Source: a virus (taxonomy: Duplodnaviria; Caudoviricetes). From it: DNA of 64,000 nt. Of the stretch, positions 9,356-18,972 are shown one piece after another. Position 1 is the stretch's first letter, and every line of letters starts with the position of its first letter. The translations under genes and the position numbers were made by a program. The notes below the pieces were generated by a model, which was not told where the DNA came from, made no database searches, and was given only the letters and a program-made list of their open reading frames with translations. Location: the IMG/VR virus record IMGVR_UViG_3300028805_000041, positions 96,001 to 160,000 of that record, one strand, 5' to 3'.

Positions 9356-12300
9356 TTAATCACTTGCATAACTCTTTGAATACTGTAATTCCAATACATC
9401 GGACAGTTTTCCGATTGATATCTCGGGATAACGTTTGGACATAAAGTTTCCTGTATTCGGGTCAATATCTGCAATATTATAGATTTCCGACGGTAATTCA
9501 CCCTCTTCAATGAATGCATCAACATCCGAACTTGTCATACCTAAGATAATGTCTTGGAACATATTCTTTTCGTTGTCAATACCAAGCCTCTTTTCTTCAG
9601 CCATACGTTCAAAGTAATCATTCTTTATATCTTCCCAAGAACCCATATCACATTCTTCCAAGAATGGTGGAACAAGGTCATAAGTTGTCCAGAACTTTAT
9701 TTCCTTGTCTTCCATTGTCATCAGTTGTTCGTAGGTATCCTGATCGGTTGGTTTGTTTGGTTCACCTGAACTTAACTTACATTCCTCTTCTGTGAAATAT
9801 TGTCTATCATTCGGATTGGAGATAAGTATTCTGTCTCTGATTTCCCTACTGAAACATACGAGAAGTGGCTTAATTCTATTATTGAACATTGTGATGTATT
9901 TCGGACAATTGTATTCCACTTGTTTTCCATCAACTATGAAATTCTCACAAAATGTATCCTCATCCTTTTCAATTACATCTCTTGGAACCAATGCACAATT
10001 AAGGACAATTTCTTCCTCACTAAAGACGTTTGGCTTATATTTTTTCAACCATTCTACCTTTTTTAAGGTACCTTCCTTGTGATATACCTTATATTCCTTC
10101 TCAATATCCTTTGTAACACACACCTTTTCACCATTTTCATTGTAGTCGAAATAATGTGTTATCTTTTTCACGTCAGCATGAGATTTGGATGTGCCAATAT
10201 TGATATAATACAGGGTATCACCATTATCCACCTTCATATTATGCTTTATTGCCAATTCATACCAAGCCTGTCTTGACTTTGGTCTGCCCGCCTTGGTTAT
10301 CTCCTTGACATCTTTAAGATATTGGTCGGTACTCTTCTTAATCTTACCCTTAGTTGCAATGTCTCTCAAAGGTATCTGATAGTTGTATATCTTCTCAATG
10401 TAATTGTAATACTCGTTAAGAAAACCCTGTCCATTACCCTGCAACAATAGGCGTATGCCCTTTGAAAGGAATTTTGCAATGTATTCAGGCATCTTTTTGG
10501 ATTTAATTGTATTTCCGACCATTTTCACATCTTCAGGGTATGGGTTTCCGGGAAAATAGTCAGCATAGTTCTTACGACTGAAGTTAATGGTTGCTGATAC
10601 CACTTCATCAATACCAAGACCCATTTTCTGTACCCCATTCGGACTATACACCTTGTTCATATACAAGTCATTGAACTCAGCAACGTCAGCCTCATAACCC
10701 GTATATTCAACACCAAGTTTTACCTCACGATTTGAACCCTTACCAATGTATGGGTGTTCCTTAGTATACCTAAATGTCTCATTATCAGGTAGTTTGAAAT
10801 TAAAGCCATCGGTATCGCCGACAATTGGTTGGTATCCTAACTTGCTGAAGTGTGAAATCATTAGACGTAGGCATTGTCTGCCTGTGCAAGTTGTCTGTTC
10901 TGCACATTTAGGTGACTTCCAAGGAAACACAGAACCGTTGTTTGAACCATATGAGCCGAAGAATGAGTTACCAAACACCTTCATCTGTGCCTGTTTCTTA
11001 TCATTGAATGCGTAATCAGCACCTGCCTTGTTAAAATCATTGATTTCATCTGCTGTCGCGGTTTTGTCTTGTACTTTACTTTTGAGTTCGTCGACAATTT
11101 TTCCTGCCTCCTTCTTTAGACCCTTAAAACTTTCTCTCTGTGTTAGTACATACTCAAGCATTTTAAGCATTGCATTCATAAGGTCATTCCAATCTGAAAT
11201 ACCCCACGTAAGAATAATTGACGGATAAAGTGAGTTGTAGTCAAGTTTAACGACGTTATCAACATATCCAACCTTAAGAAGTCTTGAAAGACCGCCTGTG
11301 AACGCACCTGTGTTCTCCGCGAGAGGGATTGCAAGGTTATTCTCATATGACCATGCAAGCATAAGGGCTTTCCATTGTCCTGCCGTTCCCATTGTTGTAC
11401 ACTTTTCATATGGTACAGGGAGCAATTTACATATCAGGAAGTTTGTTGTGTTAAATTTATGCTCGACCTTATCACATTCCCAAAGGTCATCGAGTAGATA
11501 TCTTTCAACAATATATCTACCTGTAGTTTCGACATAACCATCCTTTAATGGTGTGTCATCTGTAATAAGATACCAAGAGCCATTTTCATCATTGAATGCA
11601 TATTTGTTTACCTTATCTGCCCACGTGCTATTAATTTTATCACCGGGAACATACACACGGTTTGGTTTAACCATCTTTGCATATTGTGTGGCATATTTCA
11701 GGTCCGCACGGAGCATATTAGAGTCAATTGCCTGTGCTCTTCTTACAGCGTGAAGAGAATCCGTTATTATGGTATATGGCACAATTGTCTTATAATATGT
11801 TTCAATTTCACCGCCAAGTTTAAGTATGCTTTCTTTTTCTTCTTTTCTGATTACATTTCCATCGAAATACTTTGCGGACATTTCTTCCATAGTTGTACCA
11901 AGCATAAGACAACGTACAATGATGAAATTCCAGTCAAAGTTTTCTCCGTTATGTGCTGTAATCACGTCAGGTTTATAGGTATAGATGATACGGAGCATCA
12001 TATCGATAGCCCTAAGTTCGTTTTTATCCCTTTCCTCCTTTGTGGTGCCTTCAATTGTGAATATCTTTTCGAAGCCCCTGTTTGTTCTTATACCAATTTG
12101 TGAAATTCTGTGTCTATATGGATCAAGACCTTCAGTCTCAAGGTCAAATATCATACGATATATTTCGTCGTAGTCGATATAACCCTTGAAGAATCTTTTA
12201 CCCGTTTTAATCATAAATTGTTCTGCGGGTGTGACAATCAGGTATTGTCTTTCATCGTTTTTATCCTCATAGATATTGTTTCCGTCTTTGTCTTTCTTGG

Positions 12301-12715
12301 CAAATACAGGGTTTTTACCTTCCTTGAAAAATGAGAGAAAACGTTGGTATGACATTGGTTCCTTTGCATAAAACATAAAAAGGTAACCATTGTCGAATTT
12401 ATCGACCACATCACCATTGATTGTTGTGTTACTCAGTCTTTTTACACCGATATTATATTTGTGTAAGAGTTTTTTCAGTTCATCCCTATTTCCATTACAC
12501 AATTTTTTACAGGCGTGTAATGTTGCCCAACAAAATGGATAAAAATCCTCTTTTCTTACACATTTTTGATCCTTTTCGTTACGGTAGAATATTGTCATCC
12601 TCGATGTGTTCGGTTCGTACATAATGTTTACGATACGTTCCATCGGGTCTCTACCCTCAATAAATTTTTCTATCTCCTCTTGTGAGATTTCCTTTTTCTT
12701 TAAATTTTCTTCCAT
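9356..12715 (-). CDS. Family B DNA polymerase with 3'-5' exonuclease
   Basis: ExoI FDLETEG, ExoII HNGENFD, motif A LDYNSLYPS, motif B K...NSFFG, motif C GDTDG. Confidence 0.95.
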   Translation of the reverse strand: MEENLKKKEISQEEIEKFIEGRDPMERIVNIMYEPNTSRMTIFYRNEKDQKCVRKEDFYPFCWATLHACKKLCNGNRDELKKLLHKYNIGVKRLSNTTINGDVVDKFDNGYLFMFYAKEPMSYQRFLSFFKEGKNPVFAKKDKDGNNIYEDKNDERQYLIVTPAEQFMIKTGKRFFKGYIDYDEIYRMIFDLETEGLDPYRHRISQIGIRTNRGFEKIFTIEGTTKEERDKNELRAIDMMLRIIYTYKPDVITAHNGENFDWNFIIVRCLMLGTTMEEMSAKYFDGNVIRKEEKESILKLGGEIETYYKTIVPYTIITDSLHAVRRAQAIDSNMLRADLKYATQYAKMVKPNRVYVPGDKINSTWADKVNKYAFNDENGSWYLITDDTPLKDGYVETTGRYIVERYLLDDLWECDKVEHKFNTTNFLICKLLPVPYEKCTTMGTAGQWKALMLAWSYENNLAIPLAENTGAFTGGLSRLLKVGYVDNVVKLDYNSLYPSIILTWGISDWNDLMNAMLKMLEYVLTQRESFKGLKKEAGKIVDELKSKVQDKTATADEINDFNKAGADYAFNDKKQAQMKVFGNSFFGSYGSNNGSVFPWKSPKCAEQTTCTGRQCLRLMISHFSKLGYQPIVGDTDGFNFKLPDNETFRYTKEHPYIGKGSNREVKLGVEYTGYEADVAEFNDLYMNKVYSPNGVQKMGLGIDEVVSATINFSRKNYADYFPGNPYPEDVKMVGNTIKSKKMPEYIAKFLSKGIRLLLQGNGQGFLNEYYNYIEKIYNYQIPLRDIATKGKIKKSTDQYLKDVKEITKAGRPKSRQAWYELAIKHNMKVDNGDTLYYINIGTSKSHADVKKITHYFDYNENGEKVCVTKDIEKEYKVYHKEGTLKKVEWLKKYKPNVFSEEEIVLNCALVPRDVIEKDEDTFCENFIVDGKQVEYNCPKYITMFNNRIKPLLVCFSREIRDRILISNPNDRQYFTEEECKLSSGEPNKPTDQDTYEQLMTMEDKEIKFWTTYDLVPPFLEECDMGSWEDIKNDYFERMAEEKRLGIDNEKNMFQDIILGMTSSDVDAFIEEGELPSEIYNIADIDPNTGNFMSKRYPEISIGKLSDVLELQYSKSYASD

Positions 12716-12767
12716 AATTAATTCCTCCTATAGTTTGCAATACACAAACATCGGTTTTATATCATTA

Positions 12768-12775
12768 CAAATATA
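12768..12775 (-). promoter_or_regulatory. Bacteroidota-type -7 element TATATTTG
   Basis: Matches TAnnTTTG upstream of polymerase, just downstream of a terminator. Confidence 0.65.
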
Positions 12776-12786
12776 CTATTAAAAAT

Positions 12787-12818
12787 AAAATGAGCGGGGA
12801 ATTAACCTCGCTCATTTT
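12787..12818 (-). terminator. Intrinsic terminator after glycosyltransferase
   Basis: AAAATGAGCGGGG/CCTCGCTCATTTT stem. Confidence 0.7.
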
Positions 12819-14713
12819 GTCATTATTGTCTTAAGCCCTAATAGATTTTTGAACAGTATTCTCTTCTTGTTTGTTTCTTCATTCACCTCAAAATATTTTG
12901 AAATGGACAGGTCATCGAAATTGTGCCCGTATTCTCTGTCGGGGTATCCTCTCTTTAGTTTATTACAGTATTCCTCTACACTTTTTGTTGTGTAGTGTTT
13001 TAGTTTTGCCATATTATAGTTGACGTTCTTGTTGAAACAACTGTCATATTTGCTTGTTCCATAACTATTTGTGTATAGAAGAGGAATGATTTCCCCACCA
13101 CAGTTATCACATGTCGGTAGATTATGTAGAGCCGGACTATGTGACTCCATCCATACAATTTCTTGATTAAGACCGCCCCTTAGGATTGATTTTATATGGA
13201 AGTTATGTGACCATTCAACATTGTTTGAAACGTATTTCTCCTTAAATCTTTCAACAACGGGTTTATCCTCATAATGTAGGTTTCCACTGTCCGTATATGT
13301 TTCCCAATTGATCTTAATTAGGTCATAGTCAATGAATATTTTATTTGAGAGGTATTCCTTTATGTTCTTTGCTGTTGTCAGTTCAAGGAACTCGTCACAA
13401 TCGAAGAAAGCAATCCAATCGTATTTGTCACCATATTTTTTATAACAATCGCTATAGGCGTGTTGTTGCGCCTTTACAAACATACCCCTGTAGTTTATTA
13501 TTTCAACAAATTTACTGTTTGTTTCCTCTGAAAGTACATCTTCCAATATCTCACCGTTTTCATCATTATTGTCATAGATGATTATCTTGTCGAAACCAAG
13601 TTTTTTGTAGTGGTCGACCCATTCTTTTATGTATCTGTTTTCATTTTTTGCTATACAACAAACAGCCACCTTACATTCATCTCCATTTATTATGTTGTAT
13701 ATAGTTCTCTTATCAATTTCAGACAGGGTATAATTATATTCCTTACATAATCTTAGGAACGCTATTGCTTTCTTTTTATTTTTCTCATTAAACATAAAAT
13801 AACCGTCAACAATATTTTTACCCCTCTTTGTATAATTGGCAATATCGGCTTTTGCATTGATTACTTTATGTCTAATGTATGTCTCAAGACATTTTGTTCT
13901 ATAGTGTTTTAAATTGGCAATACTTCTAGGAAGTATCTTGGTTTTATAATGTTTATTGAAAACACTTTCTTCAGGGATATGCGGATTGGTTCCGTATTTC
14001 AATTCCGGAATCGCCTTCATTATTGGCTTTCCCCACGATATTTCATTCGACGTTACCCTGTCATAGGTATCGTATTTCATTGTAGTAACTTCTTTTGTAT
14101 AAGTTTCAACTACCGATTTTTTGCAGTCGGCTTCATATATGATGTCGTTGTCGGAATAGGTTTTCCACATAACCTCACACATATTGATGCCCGCGTCAAT
14201 AACATAGAATTCAATGAATTTCTTTACAGACATACCTTTGAAATCAAAAAATTCATCAATATCAATTACTGATATGAAATCATAATCAAGTTTCTTGATG
14301 TATTCCAATGCATAATTATATGCAATACATTGATCCACATTGAAAACCTCGAATTCAACACCATTGTACGGTATGATAGTAACTCTTTTATCTTCTATCC
14401 TAAGTTCTTTTCCCAATGGGTTGTTGTCTAATATGAAAATATGATCAAAACCAAGATTGAAGTGCCATTCTAACCATTCGTCAATATATTTTTCTTCATC
14501 TCTTGCAATTGCTAAAATACAGACATTTCCAACTTTTTGTATTTCTTTATTTGGACTAATATTTTGTTCTGGTTCAATATTATTCTCTGTTTCTTTCACA
14601 ACTGATTTAACATTCTCATCATATTCTGATGCTTTTGCTACTCTATTTTTCGTTTTTTCGGCGTTGGTTTTAGTGCTTGTTAATAGATTAACTCTCGAAA
14701 TTTTCCTCTTCAT
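12812..14713 (-). CDS. Tandem two-domain glycosyltransferase (GT92/GT2-like, GT-A fold)
   Basis: Two copies of IA(R/K).E..YI.EW...H..LGFD.I.I.DNN with DIDEF/DCDEF DxD motifs and LKHY.TK..E.Y. Confidence 0.88.
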   Translation of the reverse strand: MKRKISRVNLLTSTKTNAEKTKNRVAKASEYDENVKSVVKETENNIEPEQNISPNKEIQKVGNVCILAIARDEEKYIDEWLEWHFNLGFDHIFILDNNPLGKELRIEDKRVTIIPYNGVEFEVFNVDQCIAYNYALEYIKKLDYDFISVIDIDEFFDFKGMSVKKFIEFYVIDAGINMCEVMWKTYSDNDIIYEADCKKSVVETYTKEVTTMKYDTYDRVTSNEISWGKPIMKAIPELKYGTNPHIPEESVFNKHYKTKILPRSIANLKHYRTKCLETYIRHKVINAKADIANYTKRGKNIVDGYFMFNEKNKKKAIAFLRLCKEYNYTLSEIDKRTIYNIINGDECKVAVCCIAKNENRYIKEWVDHYKKLGFDKIIIYDNNDENGEILEDVLSEETNSKFVEIINYRGMFVKAQQHAYSDCYKKYGDKYDWIAFFDCDEFLELTTAKNIKEYLSNKIFIDYDLIKINWETYTDSGNLHYEDKPVVERFKEKYVSNNVEWSHNFHIKSILRGGLNQEIVWMESHSPALHNLPTCDNCGGEIIPLLYTNSYGTSKYDSCFNKNVNYNMAKLKHYTTKSVEEYCNKLKRGYPDREYGHNFDDLSISKYFEVNEETNKKRILFKNLLGLKTIMTK

Positions 14714-15116
14714 CGTAGTTTTTACTTATGTTTGTGAAGTTTTCCCCTCTTGTGGACAACTTATCAATTATTTTATCCTCATCTTCGCCAAACCTGAAAA
14801 CGAGTCTGTAAGGTTCGGGATACTTATCGTATTCGGATATGTCTTCCCATCCACAGGCTAAAATACCATCAATCATATCCTGTAATGAAAAACAAGTGTT
14901 ATTCTGTGAACACGATATTGGTATTTTTGTTCTTAACAATTTTATTTCGGAATATGTTGATTCGTCAGGCAATGTGTTCTCACACGCACTCGGACACTGT
15001 TCATTCCAATCCTCACCCCATACAATGTCGGGTGTTTCCGAGAAAAAAAACTCATATTCGTAGTTTCCAGACGAATCCAACCCTATTTGGTTTATGTAGA
15101 CCAACTTTTTATCCAT
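14688..15116 (-). CDS. Hypothetical acidic protein
   Basis: Open frame between helicase and GT; ATG at 15116 (MDKKLVY) preferred over upstream non-ATG start. Confidence 0.65.
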   Translation of the reverse strand: MDKKLVYINQIGLDSSGNYEYEFFFSETPDIVWGEDWNEQCPSACENTLPDESTYSEIKLLRTKIPISCSQNNTCFSLQDMIDGILACGWEDISEYDKYPEPYRLVFRFGEDEDKIIDKLSTRGENFTNISKNYDEEENFES

Positions 15117-15123
15117 AAATTTA

Positions 15124-17127
15124 CTATTTTTCGCTTTCTTTCTTAATAACTTGATCAATCACAAGACTTTTCTTAAGTACTGTGTTCCATATATGTTCAT
15201 ATTGAGTGTCTCTAAAGTATTGATAATAGATATCACAGTCCTTTGTCTGTCCAATCCTGCATATTCTATCCTGCATCTGCTGACAATCACCCGGTACAAA
15301 TGACATATTGTTGAAAACAAGTTTGTTTGAACTCGTTAGTGTGATTCCGACACCCGCCGCAACTATGTTTCCTATAAATACAGTCACATTTGGATTATTC
15401 ATAAACTCATCAACAGCCTTATCCTTTTGTTTTGAGTTCATTTTTCCGTTGTATATCACGGATTTATCACCATAATGTTCGTTTAATGTGTACAGTTCCT
15501 CATCATAGCAACAGGCAATCACCACTTTTTCACCTCTTTTAAGCCAATGGTCAACAATTCTTATGGTATATGGAACCATTATGTTTGAAATGTACTTTCT
15601 GTATACGGCTCCTTCCAATAATTCCCTGTTTATTTCAACGTCAGGGTTTTCTTCCTTCTTTTCAGCCTCATATTCTTCCCATAATCTGTCATATTCTTCC
15701 TTTTGTTCAGGTGTAAGGTCATATACAGCCTCATGTATGGTTTTATTTGGCATTTTATCCATATCTTCCTTAACTCTCCTGAGATATATGTGGGAAATTT
15801 TGTCTTTCAATTCACCTAAGTTGGTTGCACCGTTTGCAATCGTTATTTTTACTGCATTTTTATCTATGAATTCCTTTAAATCCAATTTTTCCTTTGCTGA
15901 TAGAGAATACCAGTCAGGTTTACCGACTTTTTTGAGAAAAATTCTTGTGCAACGTTCTTTTTCACCCTTTGCCGGTATCTTCATAGCCCCACAATAGCGG
16001 TTCATATAGTATTCCCACTCGTTTTTTATAGGATCATCAAGTAATTGTAGGAGACAAAACAGATTTTTTGGATTATTTGTTACCGGTGTACCCGTTGCAA
16101 GGTAAATTGAGTGCGGTTTTCCTATTTTTATGAGATTTTTAATGATTTTATACCTTGTTGAGGTATTATTTGAAAGTCTATGAGCCTCATCTATGATGAT
16201 CAAAGACTTTCTGTTCATTATATACTTTAAAATAGGACTTTTTTCCGCCTCTTTTCTGATATTATCCTCGCTCCTAGCGTTGATTATTGTGTAAAATTCA
16301 TCAAGTATGTCGTAATTTACAATAACAAATCGGTTATTTTGCCATTTTCCGCCTGTTTTAGCCATTTCAAGCAGTTCATTCCTTGACATATTTGATCTTC
16401 CCTCAGCAAAACCGAGAAATGTCTCAAGTTCGGGCTTTGTCTTATAGATAAAAGAGTCTACTATTGATATATTTTTCTCATCAACATACCAAGATAGTTC
16501 TTTTTTCCAATTTGTCTTGATGGATGCGGGACAAATTATTAGAACAGAGTCAAAATTGCCCTCAATTGCAGCAATTGAGAGTTCAAGAGTCTTTCCATAG
16601 CCCATATCATCTGCAAGAATACATTTTTTTCTTGACAATAGGAACTGTACAGCCTCTTTTTGTTCTTCTTTTATCTTTCTGTTGGGGTCTTTTTCCATTG
16701 AAAGATTGTCATAACGTTGGAAATCGACCTCCAAATTATGATAATCGTCAACAAGAAAGTTTTTTATTACCGCTTTCTTTGGCAAAAATACGAGTAACGG
16801 CGGTACAGATTGCCTATATTGAATATAGCAGTGGTATGCACTTTGAGTTTCGCCTAATAATGATATGATTTTTATCTTAATTGGCGGAAATTCCGCGCCC
16901 CACTCCTCTTGTTTCTCTTGGGCATACCAATCAGCCAAGGTAGTCATCTTATTGATTACCTTTGGTTTAAAACTATGATTATTCAGAATATAATCAATAG
17001 TCCTTTCTGTTATAATATTTACCTTTCCGTTAACATACACATCCCTTTTGAGTTCAAGAAGGTACGGGTTCTCACCGTTGTACTCCTTGAGTATCTGAAA
17101 TGCCCTGTCATTTTTCGAAATTTGCAT
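15124..17127 (-). CDS. SNF2-family helicase/ATPase
   Basis: LADDMGYGKT, IIDEAH, ATGTP, GVGITL, QMQDRICRIGQ; ATG at 17127; TATATTTG at 17146-17153 (-). Confidence 0.93.
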   Translation of the reverse strand: MQISKNDRAFQILKEYNGENPYLLELKRDVYVNGKVNIITERTIDYILNNHSFKPKVINKMTTLADWYAQEKQEEWGAEFPPIKIKIISLLGETQSAYHCYIQYRQSVPPLLVFLPKKAVIKNFLVDDYHNLEVDFQRYDNLSMEKDPNRKIKEEQKEAVQFLLSRKKCILADDMGYGKTLELSIAAIEGNFDSVLIICPASIKTNWKKELSWYVDEKNISIVDSFIYKTKPELETFLGFAEGRSNMSRNELLEMAKTGGKWQNNRFVIVNYDILDEFYTIINARSEDNIRKEAEKSPILKYIMNRKSLIIIDEAHRLSNNTSTRYKIIKNLIKIGKPHSIYLATGTPVTNNPKNLFCLLQLLDDPIKNEWEYYMNRYCGAMKIPAKGEKERCTRIFLKKVGKPDWYSLSAKEKLDLKEFIDKNAVKITIANGATNLGELKDKISHIYLRRVKEDMDKMPNKTIHEAVYDLTPEQKEEYDRLWEEYEAEKKEENPDVEINRELLEGAVYRKYISNIMVPYTIRIVDHWLKRGEKVVIACCYDEELYTLNEHYGDKSVIYNGKMNSKQKDKAVDEFMNNPNVTVFIGNIVAAGVGITLTSSNKLVFNNMSFVPGDCQQMQDRICRIGQTKDCDIYYQYFRDTQYEHIWNTVLKKSLVIDQVIKKESEK

Positions 17128-17234
17128 GTAATATATATTATATAACAAATATATAAAAATTTTTTAATTAATCAATAATACTAGATAATTAATATTTATT
17201 ATTATATAATATATTATATCTAGTACTAAAGGCC

Positions 17235-17777
17235 ATGAAACTGGACGGAGCAAAAATTAAGAAGAAAAACCCAATTAACAGAAATGGTTTCTTCTTTTCT
17301 GATGAAGATTATGATTTTCAAATAAGCATCGGTATGGAATATCTAAATACTCAGGTAAACCAAACCGTTGTTCTATATGAAGTTGATATGGAAAATACCA
17401 ACTTAAACAGCGTATATCAAGAGGGAAAATTTGACGACATAAACTTTAAGACACCCGTAGAACTCAATGTACTCTATAATTTAGAGGAACCCGAACTTAA
17501 GTCATATGACACCAATAAGTTACGAGGCTATTATGTAAAAATGGGTAAATTAAACTTCACAATTTATGAAAAGGAACTTGAAGAAAATAATTGTGACATC
17601 AAGAGAGGTGATTACATAGGTCTTCAAGTTACACCCGAACATATGGAGTATTTCATTGTTACGAATGACGGTAGGGTAAATTATGACAATAAACACACCC
17701 TCTATGGTACAAGACCATATTACAGAAGCGTAACCTGTACCATTGTAAGTGATAAGTCAGAAACAAGCAATTTATAA
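17235..17777 (+). CDS. Putative neck/head-closure protein
   Basis: Size, V.LY.VD...VYQE...F..PVE...DIKRGD pattern and position before sheath; TATTTAT at 17193-17199. Confidence 0.55.
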   Translation: MKLDGAKIKKKNPINRNGFFFSDEDYDFQISIGMEYLNTQVNQTVVLYEVDMENTNLNSVYQEGKFDDINFKTPVELNVLYNLEEPELKSYDTNKLRGYYVKMGKLNFTIYEKELEENNCDIKRGDYIGLQVTPEHMEYFIVTNDGRVNYDNKHTLYGTRPYYRSVTCTIVSDKSETSNL

Positions 17778-17778
17778 G

Positions 17779-18972
17779 ATGAAGAAGAATAAGAACTTTT
17801 TAGATATATATCATCATTCATTCGGTAATGAGAGACGCAGGGAAATCTTTCACGAAGTCTTGGATAGGGGTGCGTTTCTACCTAAAACGGTGCTTTATGA
17901 AGACATAGATGCCGCATTTAAGGAATGGGCGAAGACATCCGTGAAAATTGTGTCTGATGATGGAGATGAATTTCCAACAATGACCCTTTTCAGCAGCCAA
18001 AGATTTTCTGAATATTCACAGACGTGGGAATATGTTGATGACAACAACAACCTGCTTCTCAATTTCAAGACAATTACGAGGGAGAACAATCCACAGAAGG
18101 GTGAAATACACGGAAGTATTTGGAACATACCGGGTGATATTTTCTTTACAATGAAGAAAAATGTCGTATTGGATGACAATGGCAGTGAATCTTTCATCGT
18201 AATGAAGATGAGGATGCCCACTGCTGTTGATGTTATCTATGAATTAAGCATATTTACAAACAAATATGAAAAATTGAATGAATTCAACACCATAATAAAT
18301 CACTTGTTCAATGCAAGACAGTGCTACATCGCGCCAAACGGTCATTATATGCCAATGCAACTTGAGGAAATAAGTGACACTACGGAATACAGTATTGACG
18401 ATCGTCAATTTTATGGACAAACAGTAAAGATAAGGGTTAAGGCTTATTTGATTACAAAGGATGACTATAGAATTGAGGAACGCCCAATGAAATATGGTGC
18501 AAATCTAAGTACATGGGGTATAAAAAATCACAGACGTAGGGGAAATGTTGAGATAGAAGAGGTGGAGGACGAACCCTGTAATTTCATTGACGAGGATAAC
18601 AGGTATTATTACAAACAAGTTGCATTGATAATTAATTTTCCCCTATGTGTCAGGGACACTGTTTTTACAATCGACGAGGATTTCGTAATAACGGGTTTTG
18701 AAAATGAAAATGTTCGGAAGATAAAAAGTGCATCTGTGAACAATGAACCTGTAGATAATTTCTCTGAAGGTTTCAGGATGTTTGAAAATGACAAGATCAA
18801 GATAAAAATCGATACAAAAAATAGTGTTGAAGGTGCCGTTCTTAGAATAAACGGATATGACCCAACAGTGGTTTATGATTCTGAAAAAGACAATATGGAA
18901 TCAGTGTTGGACGAAAATAAGGTAGAAGAAAAAGAGTATTACACAATAGAAAATGGATTGGATATTTCGTAA
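17779..18972 (+). CDS. Putative tail terminator/completion protein
   Basis: EDIDAAF...ITR...MPTAVDVIYELSIFT...LNE...I.V.AYL pattern; between neck and sheath; ATG 1 nt after previous stop. Confidence 0.55.
   Translation: MKKNKNFLDIYHHSFGNERRREIFHEVLDRGAFLPKTVLYEDIDAAFKEWAKTSVKIVSDDGDEFPTMTLFSSQRFSEYSQTWEYVDDNNNLLLNFKTITRENNPQKGEIHGSIWNIPGDIFFTMKKNVVLDDNGSESFIVMKMRMPTAVDVIYELSIFTNKYEKLNEFNTIINHLFNARQCYIAPNGHYMPMQLEEISDTTEYSIDDRQFYGQTVKIRVKAYLITKDDYRIEERPMKYGANLSTWGIKNHRRRGNVEIEEVEDEPCNFIDEDNRYYYKQVALIINFPLCVRDTVFTIDEDFVITGFENENVRKIKSASVNNEPVDNFSEGFRMFENDKIKIKIDTKNSVEGAVLRINGYDPTVVYDSEKDNMESVLDENKVEEKEYYTIENGLDIS

Noticed and set aside
10800-10990. Polymerase motif variants NSFFG and GDTDG as a sign of modified-base replication
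   Set aside because: Catalytic Asp residues are intact and nothing else in the window indicates base modification
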